Shown here in pieces: positions 25,035 through 38,300 of a stretch of DNA of 64,000 bases (within the stretch, counting starts at the first letter, position 1; every line of letters begins with the position of its first letter). The position numbers and the translations under genes were made by a program. Origin of the DNA: Antedon mediterranea (lineage: Eukaryota; Animalia; Echinodermata); contig NC_092677.1 of assembly GCF_964355755.1 (NCBI RefSeq), positions 11,492,101 to 11,556,100 of the forward strand. The letters are read 5' to 3'. A model generated the notes under the pieces. The model did not search any database and had not been told where the DNA came from. It was given only the letters and a program-made list of their open reading frames with translations.

Positions 25035-28000
25035 TTATTTGTTGATTTTATTTGATTTGATTTATTTCGGAATCAGTACATAAAAAATCACAGACAAACA
25101 ATTAAAAATAGCAAATATAAAAAACCATGAATAAAACAAGAAAGGATGCCAAGGATAACTCATAAAAGTCCTCTACGGACTTGTTTCCAATGAGGTCCTT
25201 TGAAACAACAGCAAAAAGACATACAATGAAACATATAAAAATTACAAAAAAAAACAGCAAAAGGACATAAAAAAAAAAGAAGAAGCGCTTATAAAATAGT
25301 TTCAAGTGCTAGTGTGCGTTCCTGTAGATACTTTTTAACTTTACTTTTAAAACAACAAACAGTTTGTGATTCCTTAATGTTAATTGGCAAGTTATTCCAT
25401 TCCTTAATTGCATTGTAAAAAAAGGTAACATGTGCCATTGGCTTGATGGTTGGAATTCTAAAATTAAAATTGCATCCCCTAGTATTGTAATTATGACTGT
25501 CTGAAATTCTAATAAAACGATTGCATAAATAAGGTGGACAACAATGATTATATATTTTAAAAACATGACAGACTCTAAGAAATTCGACACTTGGACTTTT
25601 AACATACCAACGTCGTTTAGCTGAGATTGACCAATATGTGATCGGGGACCTAACTTTTTTATAAAACGAACCATTTTGTTTTGAGTCGTTTGTAATTTTG
25701 ATTTTAAATTTTTATTTACCGTAGAAGACCATGAGCAAACCGAATAATCGAACATCGGTTGGATTAAAGCAAAACTAAGAATTTCAGCCTGCCGTTTGCT
25801 TTGTTTATAACAGAGCGGGCAATGACGTCATCTGATACATTTTGGTCAATCTCAATACCTAGATATTTGATAGACTTTGATCCATTTATAGTCGTTCCAA
25901 AGCAATCTATATTGAATTCGTTTACTTTGCTTAATCTACGTTTAGAACCAAACAAGATGCATTCGGTCTTACCCATATGAAGCGAAAGTTGATTGTCGAT
26001 CAGCCAATTATTGCATGATACGAGATTGGTTTGGAGTTTAGATTGGATTGAGATTGGATCTTTATGGGAGTAAAAAATTGCACAATCGTCAGCGTACAAA
26101 ACAACTTTACAATCACTTTCGATACTAGATGGTAGGTCGTTCACGTAAATAAGAAACAAGAGAGGACCCAAGAGGCTACCCTGGGGTACTCCACATCCAA
26201 TCTCAATAGAGTCCGATTTGGTGCCTTTAATATCGACAATCTGATTTCGCCCAGACAGGTACGCTTGAAACCAACCGATAGACCGGCATCCTAGATTTTT
26301 ACACAAAATATTATGATTGACCGAGTCAAAGGCCTTATAAAAAAAAAACCATACCCGTAAATAAACCATTTGACATTTGAACTCTAAGGTGATCTCTAAG
26401 ATGAATAAGACATGTGTCGTTAGAAAATGATCTACGAAAACCGGATTGACCCGCGGATTGATGATCGTAAATAAGTTGATTCCTTTCAAGGTAATCGGAA
26501 ACTTGTATATTTACCACCTTCTCCAGAATTTTCGAAACTGAGGAGAGAATGCTTATAGGTCTGTAATTGTTAGTCTCAGTTCTGGAATTCTTTTTGTGAA
26601 GGGGCGTGACTTTTGCAAGTTTAAAATCCGAGGGAATACGTTCGTATTTAATGGAAAGGTTAATTATATGTGTTATTGGTATTTTAATATTGGGAGCGCC
26701 GTCTCTAAGAAATTTTGCAGGAATCTGATCAAGGCCTACACTTTTAGATGGGTTGAGATTTCTCAATTCCTCTTCGATAAGGCTCTCATCAATTTCTTCG
26801 AGAGAAAAACCAGAAACATGTTTGATTTTGCTATTATAGTAATTTTTAAAGGCATTAGAACCTACACTAAAAAGGTTACTGGGAGAAGGCAATTTCTTAA
26901 TTAATTCGGAAGCAATATTTGCGAAGTATTTATTGAAATAATTTGAAACTTCGCTTTCATTATGGCAAAGATTCCCATTAACATCTAACGAAATAGTGCT
27001 ACCCTTTTGTGGCTTATTTTTATATCCCAAATCTTTGAGGCATTTCCAGAGTTTATTGGGATTATTTTTGTTAACTTCTAACTTATTTAAAAAACATTCA
27101 GATTTTGCTTTATTTATGTCCTTTTGTATGCGATGACGCAACTTACGAAATGCATCATAAAGGTCTGACCTATTTGGGTTATTCTTGAACTTATTTAATA
27201 GCGAGTCTCTTTCTTTTATGGCACATAATATTTCCGGTGTCATCCACTCTTCAGATTTTTGTTTTAGGCGCACCTGTTTGAGAGGAGCCATTCTGTTTAT
27301 AAGGGACAAGAATATTTTTTTTAAAGAGCACCAGGCAAAGTCCACATCTGATGAGTCGAGAACAGGCGACCAATCAGATTGTGTTAATTGCTCATTAAAA
27401 ATATTAACATCATTGTTCTTAAGTGAACGAATTTTGATAGTTTTATGTTGGTTAAATTTATATTTTAAAGATTTACGAGTACAAAACGGTAGGCTGTGGT
27501 CACTAATGCCTACATGGATGACACCCGATTGCGATTTTTTTTTGCGAATGGTTACATATAATAATATCTAAAACTGTTGATGTATACTTAGTAATTCGAG
27601 TTGGTTCCTTTATCAGATGGGTAAAGCTAAAAGTTTCAAGAGTTGTTTCTAACATTTTGTATATTGTTGCAGATTCATTTTTCAAATTAATGTTGAAGTC
27701 ACCAAGGACAATAACTTCGACATCAGGTCGAATAGCTGCCAATATATTTTCAAACGAGTCAATAAATAGCTTATATGATTGACTTGGTGGACGATAAATT
27801 GATCCAACAACAATAGGGCGCGTCCTTGGAAGCAAAATTTCCATCCAAATTGATTCAATACTTTCAGAATCCAGGTCCCGGCGTTCGCGAATAGATAGTC
27901 TTTCCTTGACAAAAAAACAAACACCTCCTCCAGACCGATTTCGATCTCGACGGAAAACGTTGTATCCTTCAATGTTGAGCTCCGCATCAGGAACAGTATT

Positions 28001-28560
28001 ATACAACATAGTTTCACATATAGAGATAACGGCTGCATTGGTTTTTATTGCAAGAAGGCGGAGTTCAGACATCTTTGGCAGTATTGACCTTACGTTAAGA
28101 TGAATGAAGTGAAGGCCCTTTCCATTAAAAACATCCTCCAGTCTTCCTCCAGATTGAGATGGATTCCGGGTCCCGGGTTTGGAGAAATATCACCACATTT
28201 AAGCAAGATAGCAAAGAGTAAGCCTTTCCCTCTAAGGTCAAGAGTCCGGTGTATGTGGGACGTACTCTTCCTCGTTCGATAATTACCGGAAATATAGGCA
28301 GACGATACAAAAATGATACTTGTTGCAGCGACTGCAGAGTTAGCGTTGGAATGTTTGCACCTGGTAAAAATGGCTGATATGTCGTATCTCTCGTCGGAGG
28401 TTGCGTTAAAAAACTGGTCAACAAGTTGAAAATGTTTCACATTGTTAATAAAAAAAAAACAAGCACTGATGCATGGATAATAAAGGAAGCCATACTGAAA
28501 GTCATATTGGAAGGTTACCTGTATGCCGTATCTGTCCAGCAAAATATCGCGGCGCCGAAA
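25035..28560 (-). mobile_element. Decayed L2/CR1-group LINE (APE endonuclease + reverse transcriptase), frameshifted
   Basis: EN: ICET, RRDRNRSGGGV, GSIYRPP, LGDFN, EPTR, LDII. RT: NYRPISIL, QSGFR, KAFDSVNH, GVPQGSLLGPLLFLIYVND, YADD, KYLG. Split over several frames; 3' tail AATAAATCAAATCAAAT at ~25045-25067. Confidence 0.93.
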
Positions 28561-29351
28561 CCGTTCAAATTCATTTCAACAATGTAAATGTTTTTTATAT
28601 GTTTACACATGAAATTTACTTGACTTGACACCTACAAATTCAGTCAACTATGATATTTTAAAAGCACGAGGCCATTTATTGGATGAATAATATGGGCACT
28701 AACTTTAACGCCTTTATAATTAAATACAGTAGTCCTTTGGGAAAATGAAATAAAACATGCACCTAAGTTTTATAAAACGGAGCTTTAATTAGGCTATCAT
28801 CTAGTTCTTATTATTTTGATTTAAAAATTGTAGGCAACTTTACTACACCCTACCATTTATAGCGTAAAGCAAACTGAAGATATGTTTAGTTTAGAAGCAG
28901 AAATAAGATAATATATATCTTGGTAACCGGTAGGGGTACAAAGTCTACCAGTTACCAAGATGACCATCTCTTTGTTTTGGTCACCATTTTGTAAATTCCC
29001 CAAGTATGGGGCTGGGGAAACTAAAATGTAAACAAAAACATTATTAAATACGTAGAAACAACATTATTACATCAAAAATAAAATAAGCATAATAACGGAA
29101 TGTTTTAAAATACTGGTACTAATTGGAGTCAATGCAAGGATGTACCAATCACTAGCTAGGCCTAAGTCAGTTCAGATGATCCATTGGTCAAATTAAGAAA
29201 GACAACCGGAAGCAGTTTCACCAATCACGACGCGACGGATAATCTGAACTGACGCTTGTGATTGATCAACCGTACTTGCGTTGCGCCGTGACGTCGTACC
29301 ATAGAGATATTATATAATATCTCTATGGTCGTACAAATAGGAACCAAGATT

Positions 29352-32300
29352 TTAGCAATCTTTGACGTGAAGTTGTAGAACACCATTAATATGTAAATTT
29401 AGGAGTTCATCAAACTCTTGGTTAAACGCATGATATGTAGTTCTCTTCATATCTTCGTAGTAATGATAGGCCGCCGGACGATTGTGTATGTCAGTTGAGA
29501 ACGGCCAAAATCCATACAGATGAATCTCGTCACAAAATAAGAGCGAAGACGTTGTTATGTAAATTCCTAAAAACAAATCATTCAGCGTTAATAAATTACG
29601 TTTTACACTAGAGACACTGTAGTACTCTAGGAGAATATTTAAAGGGTTAGGCCTACTGTATGTTATGTTAGGAGTGACAGGGGCAGTCGAAGGACTATTT
29701 TAAGAGCCTGGTTGTCCAAAGACTCCAGAGCTGTATTTGAGCAAGGAAGCAAATTGTTAAATGACAAATGTTAACAATTTCCAAAATTTAGTTCTATTTA
29801 TCCACTTAAAACAAAAGTGTTATTTAAACCACACTCTAAAATAAAACTAAGAAAATAATGATAGGACATTTGCAGAAAGAAGCAAACTTTGCTCTGCTAC
29901 CGGTATAACATGGTTCGAATTTACTTCCATAAATTACTACGGAAATTTGCTCTGCTACCGGTATAATTCTCTGTTACTACGGAAATTAAGATAAATAGGG
30001 TACTACACGGAAAAACAAAACTATACGTAAAATTATGATTTGGCCTTAAATTATGGAAAAACGCAATAATTATGAACAAATCGACGACTCATATGACGGG
30101 TTTTTCCTGAACACAGTGTGTGTGTGTTGAGCTCCTTTCGTACCTCTCATCAAGAAAGAGATACATCTCCCTCTCATTACGCGCGCACCACACAAGCAAC
30201 TAGTCAATCAGAAATTTATTCTGCGCATGCTCAGAAACTTATCTACCCTTATCTGTGCGCGGTATAGTAGGCCTATTGGTGACTGCTGTGCATTCTGCCA
30301 ATTTACAAATATTCTCTTCCAGACTGGACTTCTATAACGTATAAATATGGATATTGTAGGCCTATACGATGAAATGGGACTCAATTTTAATTTAGTGGCA
30401 GAAACAACATTTAGTATGAAATTAAGGCTGTTGCCCGGGGCGCCACTAGGGCAACACTCATAGGTCCGCCCCTGTGAGTGAGGTTGGCTATTAAGCGTGG
30501 TTCTCACTAGCGACGCGCAATGCAAAGTGCCGTATTGCGTAACTTGATTTAATCTATCGAATACGCAATGCAAAGTGCCGTATTGCGTATTCGATTTACA
30601 CCATATCTGGTCGTGAACCCGGTTCGTTTTTCGGAAGAATAGGGGGTTACCCTTAGGCCCTGTGGACAGACGAATAACTGTACATTATGAAGGCACACGG
30701 ACCATTAAGCTTGGTCCCCCTAGCGACACAACGTAACGAAACCTACGCAACGTAAGAAAATGCCCTTTCAACAACTGTGTTTGCCTCCGCCTGCGTGAAA
30801 TCAAACCTGCGATGTTTCCAGCACTGTTGCGTCGCCGGTTCCTACTTGTGTGATTACGCAATACAGCACTTTGCGTCAATACGTCACTGCGTTACGTTAC
30901 GTTGCTAGTGTGGGAAGAACGGTTATTTTACATATTTATACAGTATTATTATAATGATATTATTAAATATTTGCAAACAGACTATACTAACCTGTTGATA
31001 GCATATTCTTCAGGCCTTTATTCAACCAATAGCTTCTTATCTCATGAAAATGGTTCGGATTTCCGTGTACAAACTTTATGGATTTCAATTTACCATTTAG
31101 TAAATTGTTTACTTTAATGGCCAAGTTGTAGATTCCTAGACCAGACGAAAAACTTGGAAACCAAATGTAATTGTTGTACTCCTTCATTTTATTTATAAAT
31201 TTAGATTGCTGACTTCCAGTTCGTAAACTACCAAATCTAGAAAAAAAATATAGTGGATTATAAGGGGCAGATGAAGGGGAACTCATGATCTGTATAGTGC
31301 CTCCGGGACAAACGGGGCTAATCCTGTTTTTTGTCCTTTTATACATCACCAGTGGTGGTCACTTTGATTGTTGGTATAGCTTTGTGCGTCACTATTACGG
31401 CGGTAGAGGGGAACAATTTACCCAGTTCCCCACACAGAAGTGCCCCACCGGCCACCCATGTTGTTTTTTTTTATGTACGGTACATTTGTTGAATGTTGTC
31501 TGTCATGTACCGTACAGTGCAATAGTGGCTGGGTCATCTGTGGAGTTGTTTGTTCCCGCGTGTAGAATAATTCTGTCCACGATATGTTCAGTTGACAGTA
31601 CTTCTGCCTTGTGTGCAATGTCATCAATTTTCGCGCCTCTCATTGTTTTACAGATCACGTTCAGATTTGTTGACCTGCTAAGTCGTTTTGGTTTAAATTG
31701 TTTTATCATCGAATCACCAATAATCAAGATTTTTCTGTCAGAAGCTGTATCAGAGTGTATCTGTTTGTGTTTGTTTCTATATTGGCTTAGTTGATCCTGG
31801 TATGCAGCAGACGCAGATGATTTTGATTTGGTAAGTTTTGAAGGAGTAGAAGATGGCTGCCTGTTGGTAAGCTCCTCAAATAGATTATCAATCAATTGTT
31901 CAGTTTGCGTTATAGAATCGTTTGTGTTAGAAGAAACTTTCCTTGTTTGCAGTGTCGTAGAACTTGTGTGACTTTCCATTATTTGTTTTCTCATCTTACG
32001 TTGTGGTTCAAAATCTGAGGTGTCGATGGCAATTTACGTTTTCAGTTCATATATTTCGTCTTTAGCTATGGATAAGCTACGCTCCGTTTCTGTAACTTGT
32101 TGACGTAATGTCTGTATTTGTTCTTCTTTGTTCATTGTCCGTTTTTCCCATAATTTCCAATACTCAAAGTCTAGTTTCAGATTTTTGTTTTCCTTCTCCA
32201 ATTTTTTAAATAAAGCAGTTGTTTTGTATTGCTAACCGATCAAGCGTGAAGCCCAAAACAAACAAAAAAATCTTGACAGTTCTTTCAGTGATACGCAATA

Positions 32301-35300
32301 GCTTGCACTGGGCGGCGATTCCTTTGATCTGACAAAAAGCGCTAAATAAATGTAGTAAAAAACAGCTACAGAATACTTTGATATTTCTTGTAACTGAGGT
32401 CGTGATCTTCAAGATCGTTGATAAGTTGATTCTTTATAAAAAGTTTAATATCAAATTATATTAAAGTAGGCGACATCGGACAATTATAGAATGATCAATC
32501 AATCGATTGGAGTAACCCACTATATGATCGGTTTTCGTGGGGGACCAACGTAACGGCTTAGCGTTACAATACAGTGACAGGAGCCTACCTGATGATCAAT
32601 TTGAAAAACCAAGTTCCAACACAGATTTCAACTTCGATGTAGGTTTATTTAAGTTCAGCAGTTTTTATTTTATGTCTTCAGTACTATTTATATTAAAAAT
32701 CCGTTGATTAAAAACTGAGATTTTCCGATGTTTTTATATCAGCAGAGGCCTATAAGAAAATTTAAAAAAAACAACCGCTGTTCACGCCCCCAACATATTT
32801 AAATGGTTACCAATCTGCCAAGCACTCGCTTTGGTATACTGTAAAAATATTGTAATTGTAAATTGTGTATATTTTTCGGTTTTTGTCAAATTTATCAATT
32901 GTATTTAGGTTTAAGGTTAATATGTTTCATGGTTTTTCACAAGCGCCTTGAGCACTTTAGTGGATATGTGCGCTGTATAAATCTTATTATTATTTATTAT
33001 ATATGTGTACGTGAAAAAACAAAAATCCTGGATACCCAACCAGTTTCTATTTCAAAATTCTTAAAGCACCTCGGCAATTTGACAATGACATCGCACAAAT
33101 AATAATACATCAAATACTTTGTATTTCATACGTATTGAAACCTCAATTCTATATTGTTACTGCAGTTCTTATTTTAAATTCATTTAACTATTACTCACGA
33201 AAAATAACAGTATGCACATTTATAAAATATGTACAAAGGGTAATTGTTGAAAGGTAATTTATGTGACGTGTTCAAACAATGTTAAGATCGTAACAAAAAA
33301 ACTGGTAAACCCAGAAAACTATTGTTGTTCATTGGAAATAGTATTTATATTATGCATGACAGACAGTAGTTAAGTTAATACACAAAGCATTCAGTTGATA
33401 ATGTGAATATTCAATCACATGACTTGATCGTGTGGATTATTCCGAAATGGAGATCGTGGTTTGTCTTCTAAGAAGGCTCAACCGATTATTTGTATAATGT
33501 ATAAAGTATCATTTAAAGATGTATTGTACTCTATTTTTAAAATACCCACCTTTTTATAACAATTGAAGGGTTAAGCGTTGTTATATTACTTTTAACACCC
33601 GCGTCTTCTATAAACTGACCAATAATTGGTGGTGCGTTGCATCTAAAGAGAAATTAAGATATATTTAAAAAACTCACATACTACATGAGAACATAAAGCT
33701 TGGTTCCCACTAGAACGTAACGCAAGGACGTAAACGCAACGCAAGCGTGTTGACCAATGACAAGCGAAGTTATAGAAAGTTAGCAATCACAAGCAAATAA
33801 GCCATCGCTTGTGATTGGTCAATTCACCTGCGTTGCGTTACGTCCTTGCGTTGCGTCGCTAGTGGGAACCACGCTTAAGGTGTGACCGAGGTATCGACGC
33901 AAAGTGTGAAATCACAAGTGGGAACCGACGACGCAATAGTGCTGCAAACATAGTAGGTTTGATTCTACGCACGCGGAGGAAAACACAATTATTGGAAGGG
34001 AATTTTCTTATGTTTCGTAAATTGCGTTAAGTTACGTCGCTAGTGGGAACCACGCTTATGATACGAGACCGTATTGCAATGGCGATGTAATAGCTGTGAT
34101 TGGTCAAATGATTTGCCAAGCGCGCGTGGGCTTGCTTGGGCGTCCTATTAAAGCTTGGTTCCCAATAGCGGCACAACATAACGCAACAACCTACGCAACG
34201 AAAGAAAATTCCATTCCAATAACTGTGTTTGCCCGCGCCTGCGTGAAATCAAACCTGCGATGTTTGAAGCACTGTTGCATCGTCGGTTCCCACTTGTGAT
34301 AATGCAATACAGTACTTTGTGTCAATACGTCGCTGCGTTACGTTGCATTGCGTTCTAGTGGGAACCACACTTAAGCATGAATCAATTGAATACAATCAAC
34401 CTTACCTTATGACAAAGTCAGCTTTATCGATTTCACTGCCACATTTACTACCGTTCAATATTCCTCCATTACCCACAATGGAACATCTTTTGTATACAGT
34501 TTGTTCAGGAGAATACTGAAAAGATATGTGCGATTTGTGATGTGCATTTACATTAAAACAATTTATATCGCAAGCAACCGGTTTAACTAAATTACAGATG
34601 CCCCGTCATATAGCACTTTTAATCGAATGAGCGCCATTACACTGCAATTAAAGCTTGATTCCCACTAGAGACGCAACGCAACGATGTAAGCGCAACGCAA
34701 GTGATTCGACCAGGCGATGGATTATTCGAACTGCTGTTTGTCATTGGTCAACTTAAGCTTGGTTCCCACTAGAACGTAACGCAAGGACGTAAACGCAACG
34801 CAAGCGTTTTAACCAAATGACATACGAAGTTATAGACAGTTAGCAATCACAAGCGAATAAGCCATCGCCTGTGATTGGTCAATTCACTTGCGTTGCGTTA
34901 CGTCATTGTGTTGCGTCGCTAGTGGGAACCACCATTAAGGCCTACGTTGCGCCTACGTCTTTACGTTGCGCCGGCCAAGTGGGTTTATGAATGAAAGAGG
35001 TTCAATTATAATTACACCTTGGAAAATACGTCACGCCACGTCATCAGTTACGGATTTTTTTGGATTCATTTCAAACTTTTCAATTATCAAACATGAGGCA
35101 TACCAAAATCCTTTTAAAACATACATTAGATCATTGACTATTAAAGGATCGTGTAATTAACTTTGGTAGATTCCTCGCCAGCAGCGTACGGACATTTTGC
35201 GACAGACTCGACTCGTTGTCAAGAATAGGCGCGCCTACACATACTTCCTGCATCAATTTGTAGAATCGCAGATTTGTAGTGAGGCTTCCACCGGGTATCA

Positions 35301-38300
35301 TGTACTTGAATTTCTGAGACTTCTTAACATTTCTCCGGTTCAGAAACAATTCTGTATGGACAATTTCTTTTAAGTCGGATCTAAAAAAAATCACAAATCG
35401 ATTACTATTGCCTTAAGCTTGGTTGTTCACGAAGGACGAAACAATTTTCGTATTGTGAAAAGAATATGATGATGATGATATCAATAGCTTTGAATGAAGC
35501 AATGTTATTTATTTTCAGTTGGTAGGTTATGCCATATTTTAGCGTTCAGCAACATTGAACGATGTGATACTAATAAAAGGGTATTCGTTGGCGCAAGGCC
35601 GTGAACACATTTCTACACGCTAGGGATGGGCCGACATGGCGGCTATCATCACCTCTGACATTAATCGAATCAAAATTGTAACAATTCGAGCCGCTCTCTT
35701 TCGATGTCGCTTTAAATTATTCTGATTACTTGTGATGTATAATCGATTTGACGTACGTACCTCATTTTCTCTAAATTAGATACATTTTGTTTCCATGGAT
35801 TCCTGAATATAGAGGACACGTCTCGATTACTTTCATTACTCATCCACATGGATTCTGCTGCAGTAGGCGTATACTCTAGTTTGGCGTGCGTTCGAATAGT
35901 TGCATTGGTCCTCCGCAAATTGCTGCTCAAGTTGGTAGGCCTTTTTTTTACCAATACACCTAAGCTGTCTGTTTCAAGTGAATACACGCCATGTTGAATA
36001 GGCATATTATTGTAAGAATGAATCGTTATCTTCAACCTAAATATTATTATAATAAACGATTGATTAAAATCAATTCAAGCTAAGATTTAATTCGTCACTG
36101 GCTTCTAACTAATAATGTGTGAAGACCTGTTTGTACAAGGACGATACCGAACGGACGATATAGATAAATATATTTTATCAATGTTTTCGAAATTGGAAAG
36201 TGTTCACCCTAGAACAACTATAAGGATATAAATCTGATTTATTTTTGATGAAAATATAACATAAAACTATGGCGCGCCAAGCTGTCATTTATTCAAGCAA
36301 TAGAGATATCTTAGTTTTTAATAGAGATATCTTAGTTTTAAATAGAGATATCTTAGTTTTAAATAGAGATATCTCTATTAATAGAGATATCTCTATTAAC
36401 AGAGATATCTCTATTTAAAACTAAGATATCTCTATTAAAAACTAAGATATCTCTATTAAAAACTAAGATATCTTAGTTTTAAATAGAGATATCTCTATTA
36501 ATAGAGATATCTCTATTAATAGAGATATCTCTATTAAAAACTAAGATATCTTAGTTTTAAATAGAGATATCTTAGTTTTTAATAGAGATATCTTAGTTAA
36601 TAGAGATATCTCTATTAATAGAGATATCTCTATTTAAAACTAAGATATCTCTATTAAAAACTAAGATATCTCTATTAATAGAGATATCTCTATTAATAGA
36701 GATATCTTAGTTTTGTTTCCTGTTGCAAAGTATGTAGGGAATGGTATAGTTGTGAATGTGGTGGAAGTGTGTCATTGAGAATGGAAGTTAATGACCCATT
36801 AGGGACATCCCACCAAGGTGTTTATAGTTGTTGATTTCTAGGTCAAACAGGTATAAGCTACAGTGCTACATAAACTGAAAAATACTATAATTAAATTGTT
36901 GGGAGCCGATGGGGAGCCGATGTTGTACTGTATTAATTTCGTGGAGTTTCGAGCTGTAATAATGTACAAAAGTACTAAACGTTGCATGCATTTAAGAGCC
37001 ATTGTCTGTAAAAATCAAAGATTTGGTGGCAGATGTAAAAAAATGGATTTCTCTCAAATTTTTACCATGAATAGACATTTCAATAAAAAGCATATCTACA
37101 ACATTCATTTTAATTTTTAGCCTCCGTTGCCATGACAACGGTCAATTATCCAAATTTTGATGTTTTTGCCATTTTTCACAGATGTTCTATAGTGAAAAAG
37201 TACAAACTTGTATACTTATTTTAACCAAAAATACTTACAGTATACAGTTTTTGTTTATAGCAGTGTTAACAACATGTATTGAGTTCCATTTAATGTAGAA
37301 AAAAAATAAATTACAAAGTGGAGTTTGGTTGATACCATTATTTTAAAAAGGGGTGTTTTTAAAAAATATTTTTTTTATAAAAGTATACCTCATAAACGTA
37401 CCTATAACTTCCAAAGTGGTGTTTTTAAATCAATGAGGTTTTTTAATTTGATAGTCAATAGGTTTTTCAACAATAATCACGAAAAAAACACTGGGGTAAA
37501 TTTCGTACATAGGTTTTGTGTTGCCAGGAAAATACAAAAAATACAAAAAATATAACAAAATATCAACAAACAAAACACATGAAACACAATTTAAATATGG
37601 CTAATCCAATAATAAAATGTATATGTGGCTGGTCATAATGCTACTAGAGTCATACAAATAGTTTAGATAAAATAGGAGAATGTGTTGCCAGGTTTATTTC
37701 AATTAATTGCCAGAAAAACAGTATTTTGCATTGAAATATTTAGTTGATGGAAAATAATGTTAAACTTGGAAATAATTGCGTCAATGGTTTTCATAAATTT
37801 TAAAATCTATTTTGTGTAAAGAGATACAGAAAGACCTCCCAAAAAATCTGACCTTGTAAATAGGTCATTTGAGGTCAAAAGGGGTCAGAATGCAAAACAG
37901 GACAGGTCCCCACTTTACTACAACTATTAATGTTTGATCAAAATTTACAAGATAGTTCATAACAATTCTCAACAATATTCATATTTTACTTCTACTGCAT
38001 TCCATTAATGACAAACTTGACCTTTTAAATTCATTCATTTTGAGGTCAACATTTTACCATAGTAACTGTTTCTATGCGAACATTTCCAAAAAATAAGGGG
38101 TTTTTCATCAATTCAAAACATTTTTTCTACATAGTTTTACATTTCTACTTTTTGCCAAATTTACTTTAAATACTGAATCCTAATAATCTCAGAAAGAAAG
38201 TCTTGACGAATCTGAAAAAAGGTAAAAAAATGACCTTTAGTGTTATCTTAAACCTGTTTACGTAACTAATGATATTTAAAAAACAAAATTAAATATGGAG

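Noticed and set aside
25035-32420. ORF1 esterase remnant and EN-RT region as one LINE that captured two ST8Sia exons
   Set aside because: The exons between them belong to an intact host gene extending far upstream; two independent same-strand insertions are simpler.
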